A DNA stretch of 63,989 nt, filler included, from Diploschistes diacapsis (lineage: Eukaryota), in the NCBI GenBank assembly GCA_023645945.1. It is 7 parts of 7 records of this genome, joined end to end, with 100 filler letters (N's around TTAATTAATTAA, not from the genome) between each part and the next. Parts side by side here need not be neighbours in the genome. Positions count along the whole stretch, not along the records: positions 58,194 to 63,989 come from JALAIB010001478.1; 6 more parts are not named here. One strand, 5' to 3'. The stretch's first letter is position 1; every line of letters begins with the position of its first letter. Below are positions 61,694 to 63,989 of the stretch, piece by piece. The notes under the pieces are model-generated. The model worked only from the letters and a program-made list of their open reading frames with translations. It was not told the DNA's origin and searched no databases. The translations under genes were made by a program, and so were the position numbers.

Positions 61694-63791
61694 ATGTCTT
61701 CAGAAGAGTCAGATACAGAGTCTCGGAGACCGTCAGCTATCCAGGCTGCTGGCGGCCTGGCCAGCGAGGATGATGCTGCCGTTTTAGGTGCGCGAACGAC
61801 AGCGAACGTGTAAAGAGAAAGCTGCATGTGCTGATAGACTGTAAGCAAAAATGGGGTACAAGCAAGAGTTACGGAGGAATTTCTCCATGATGGAGGTTTT
61901 CGGGATCGCCTTCAGCATCATGGGGCTCATGCCTAGCATTGCGAGTACCTTGAGTTACTCCGTGCCTGCTGGGCCCATCGGGATGGTCTGGGGCTGGTTT
62001 ATAGCCTCCGGGTTTATCTTCATCGTTGGACTTGCCATGGTAAGTTGCGTCGGGTGTCCATCGGCTTAGGTTTACCCAACGCAGGCCGATATGGGTTCGG
62101 CCATGCCCACCTCGGGCGGACTATATTATTGTTTGAGTCCAGCATTGGAACAAGACGACGCGGCCATCTAACCCGAGTAGGGACATTTTTCTATGCGAGC
62201 GTCAAGGCGAGGCGACCACTGAGCTTTCTCGTCGGCTATAGCAATACCCTAGGGCTTGTTGGAGGCTTGTGTTCCATCGATTGTAGGTAATCTTGCATGG
62301 TTGGCACAGGCTGTACTAATGACCCAAGATGGCTTCGCCCTGATGTTCCTTTCTGTGATTGTAATTGCCACAGATGGTCAATATAGCCCTTCGTATGGCG
62401 CTGTATATGGAGTCTTCGTTGCCTGCGTGCTCTTGCATGCGGTTCTAGCTTCGACGCTGCAGCGCATTATGGTAAGTCTTACTAGGTTATGCTCGATCGA
62501 GACTCGACCACTGATTGTACTATCTAGGGGCGACTACAGACTGTCTTCGTCGCAGCGAACTTTATCCTGATCTTTGCCACTATCATAGCGCTCCCTATTG
62601 GCCGTGCAGGAAACCGCAACAGTAGTCAATACATCTTCGCTGGTGCCGAGAACCTGACGAGTTGGCCCGTCGGCTGGAATTTCTTCATTGCCTGGCTTTC
62701 TCCCATCTGGACAATTGGTAAGGCTCGTCAAAGACCCCAACTGTAAGTTCTTGCTTTTTGACATTACGTACGCCAGGTGCTTTCGATAGCTGCGTGCACA
62801 TGTCCGAGGAGGCTTCCAACGCCGTCAAGGCCGTACCTTACGGCATACTCATGTCGATCGGATCGTGCTGGCTATTCGGTTTCATCATCCAAATCGTACT
62901 TGCCGCTTGTATAGACCAAAACCTTGAAGCCGTTGTCGGCACGCAGTTCGGGCAGCCCATGGCTCAAGTGAGCTGATGCTCCTCCTCCTCCTCCTCCTCG
63001 GCCCGCTACGCAGCTGATGATATGTCAGATCTATTACGATGCACTCGGCAAGAGCGGGGCCCTCGCATTCATGGTGCTCATGTTCGTCGTTCAATTCTTG
63101 ATGGGCCTGAGCATTATCGTTGCGGCGTCACGGCAATCCTGGGCTTTTTCACGCGACGGCGCCCTGCCGTTCTCCTCCTTCCTGAGAGTCGTTTCCGAGC
63201 GGATGGGCTTCATACCCCTGCGAGCAATCTGGGGCTGCGCTCTAGCCACCATCGTCCTCGGTCTGTTGAGTCTGATCGCACCCGCCGCAGCGCAGGCTCT
63301 CTTCAGCCTGGCCGCGGCCGGGAACAATCTGGCCTGGGGTGTCCCCATACTCTGCAGGCTGGTCTGGGGCCAAAAGAAGTTCGAGCCCGGGCCCTTCTAC
63401 ACCGGAAGATGGTCCGTCCCCTTGGGATGGACCGCCGTCGTCTTCCTGGCCTTTGGCATCGTCGTCGCTTGCTTCCCCGTCGGCGGGCCGGGCCCGACCC
63501 CCGCGTCCATGAACTACACGGTCGTCATCAACTGCGCCGTCTGGCTCGGAGCCCTTGCATATTACTTTCTCGGTCAGTGTTTCTCCCGGCGACAGCCCCT
63601 TCCTGCTCGAACGAACTCGCTGACAGAAAGTTGTTGCTGCAGATGCCCGGAAATGGTTCACGGGACCCAGGATCACGCTGGACGCCGAGCTTCTCGCCGA
63701 CGAACAGATCAGGGCCGCCGTGCAGGTAGAGGCCGTCGAGCTCGAGGGCGTGTCCGACAAAGCGCGGACGACGTCAATCAGCAAGGCTTGA
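61694..63791 (+). CDS. APC-superfamily amino acid/GABA/polyamine permease (Uga4/Tpo5-like)
   Basis: MGYKQELRRNFSMMEVFGIAFSIMG, GPIGMVWGW, SAMPTSGGLY, FDSCVHMSEEASNA, AASRQSWAFSRDGALPFS, FEPGPFYTGR, MNYTVVI, ARKWFTGP. Many short introns. Confidence 0.92.
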
Positions 63792-63989
63792 AAGGGTTGG
63801 TTGCAAGGGCGTTCGGTATCGGGGGGGGGGGTCATGCTCCATAGATCGATATGTAACTTTTTTTTTTCTTTACCCTGTGCGATGGGAGACATTTTCTCCA
63901 AACATATCCCCCCCATTTTCCATCATCGTCCGTGGACGAATCGACTCTCCAACGCACGCCCTCATTTCCTTCTCCTTCTCCTTCTCCTT

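Overview
Eukaryotic, intron-rich filamentous ascomycete (Pezizomycotina) DNA. The window is not one continuous locus: it is seven contigs joined by an artificial 100-bp spacer (N44-TTAATTAATTAA-N44), so adjacency is only meaningful within a segment. Segment 1 (1-28517) is a housekeeping neighbourhood (EAF1, MAK11, eIF2-gamma, UTP13, SPP2, ILM1) interrupted by an accessory block. That block holds an MFS transporter, an alpha/beta-hydrolase-NACHT-WD40 NLR (~1635 aa) and, head-to-head with the NLR, a fructosamine-kinase-like gene (~371 aa). These two architectures match, from my recall of the literature, the two mutually exclusive idiomorphs of the Cryphonectria parasitica vic4 incompatibility locus, but here they sit together in cis. 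This is the best candidate for an undescribed kinase-NLR immune/allorecognition module. The six ~5.8-kb contigs carry SCO1/ATG29/CENP-O, a sedolisin and an LSH/IRC5 helicase, two orphan genes bracketed by transposon ends, a triple-repeat Con-6, a sulfotransferase-fold protein, a DUF3237-like gene, a GH35 beta-galactosidase, a hemerythrin protein, a 24-aa-repeat orphan and an APC permease. They also carry RIP-like degenerate DNA-transposon relics. Gene names come from recognising motifs by eye, and exon boundaries were read manually; no database search was run.
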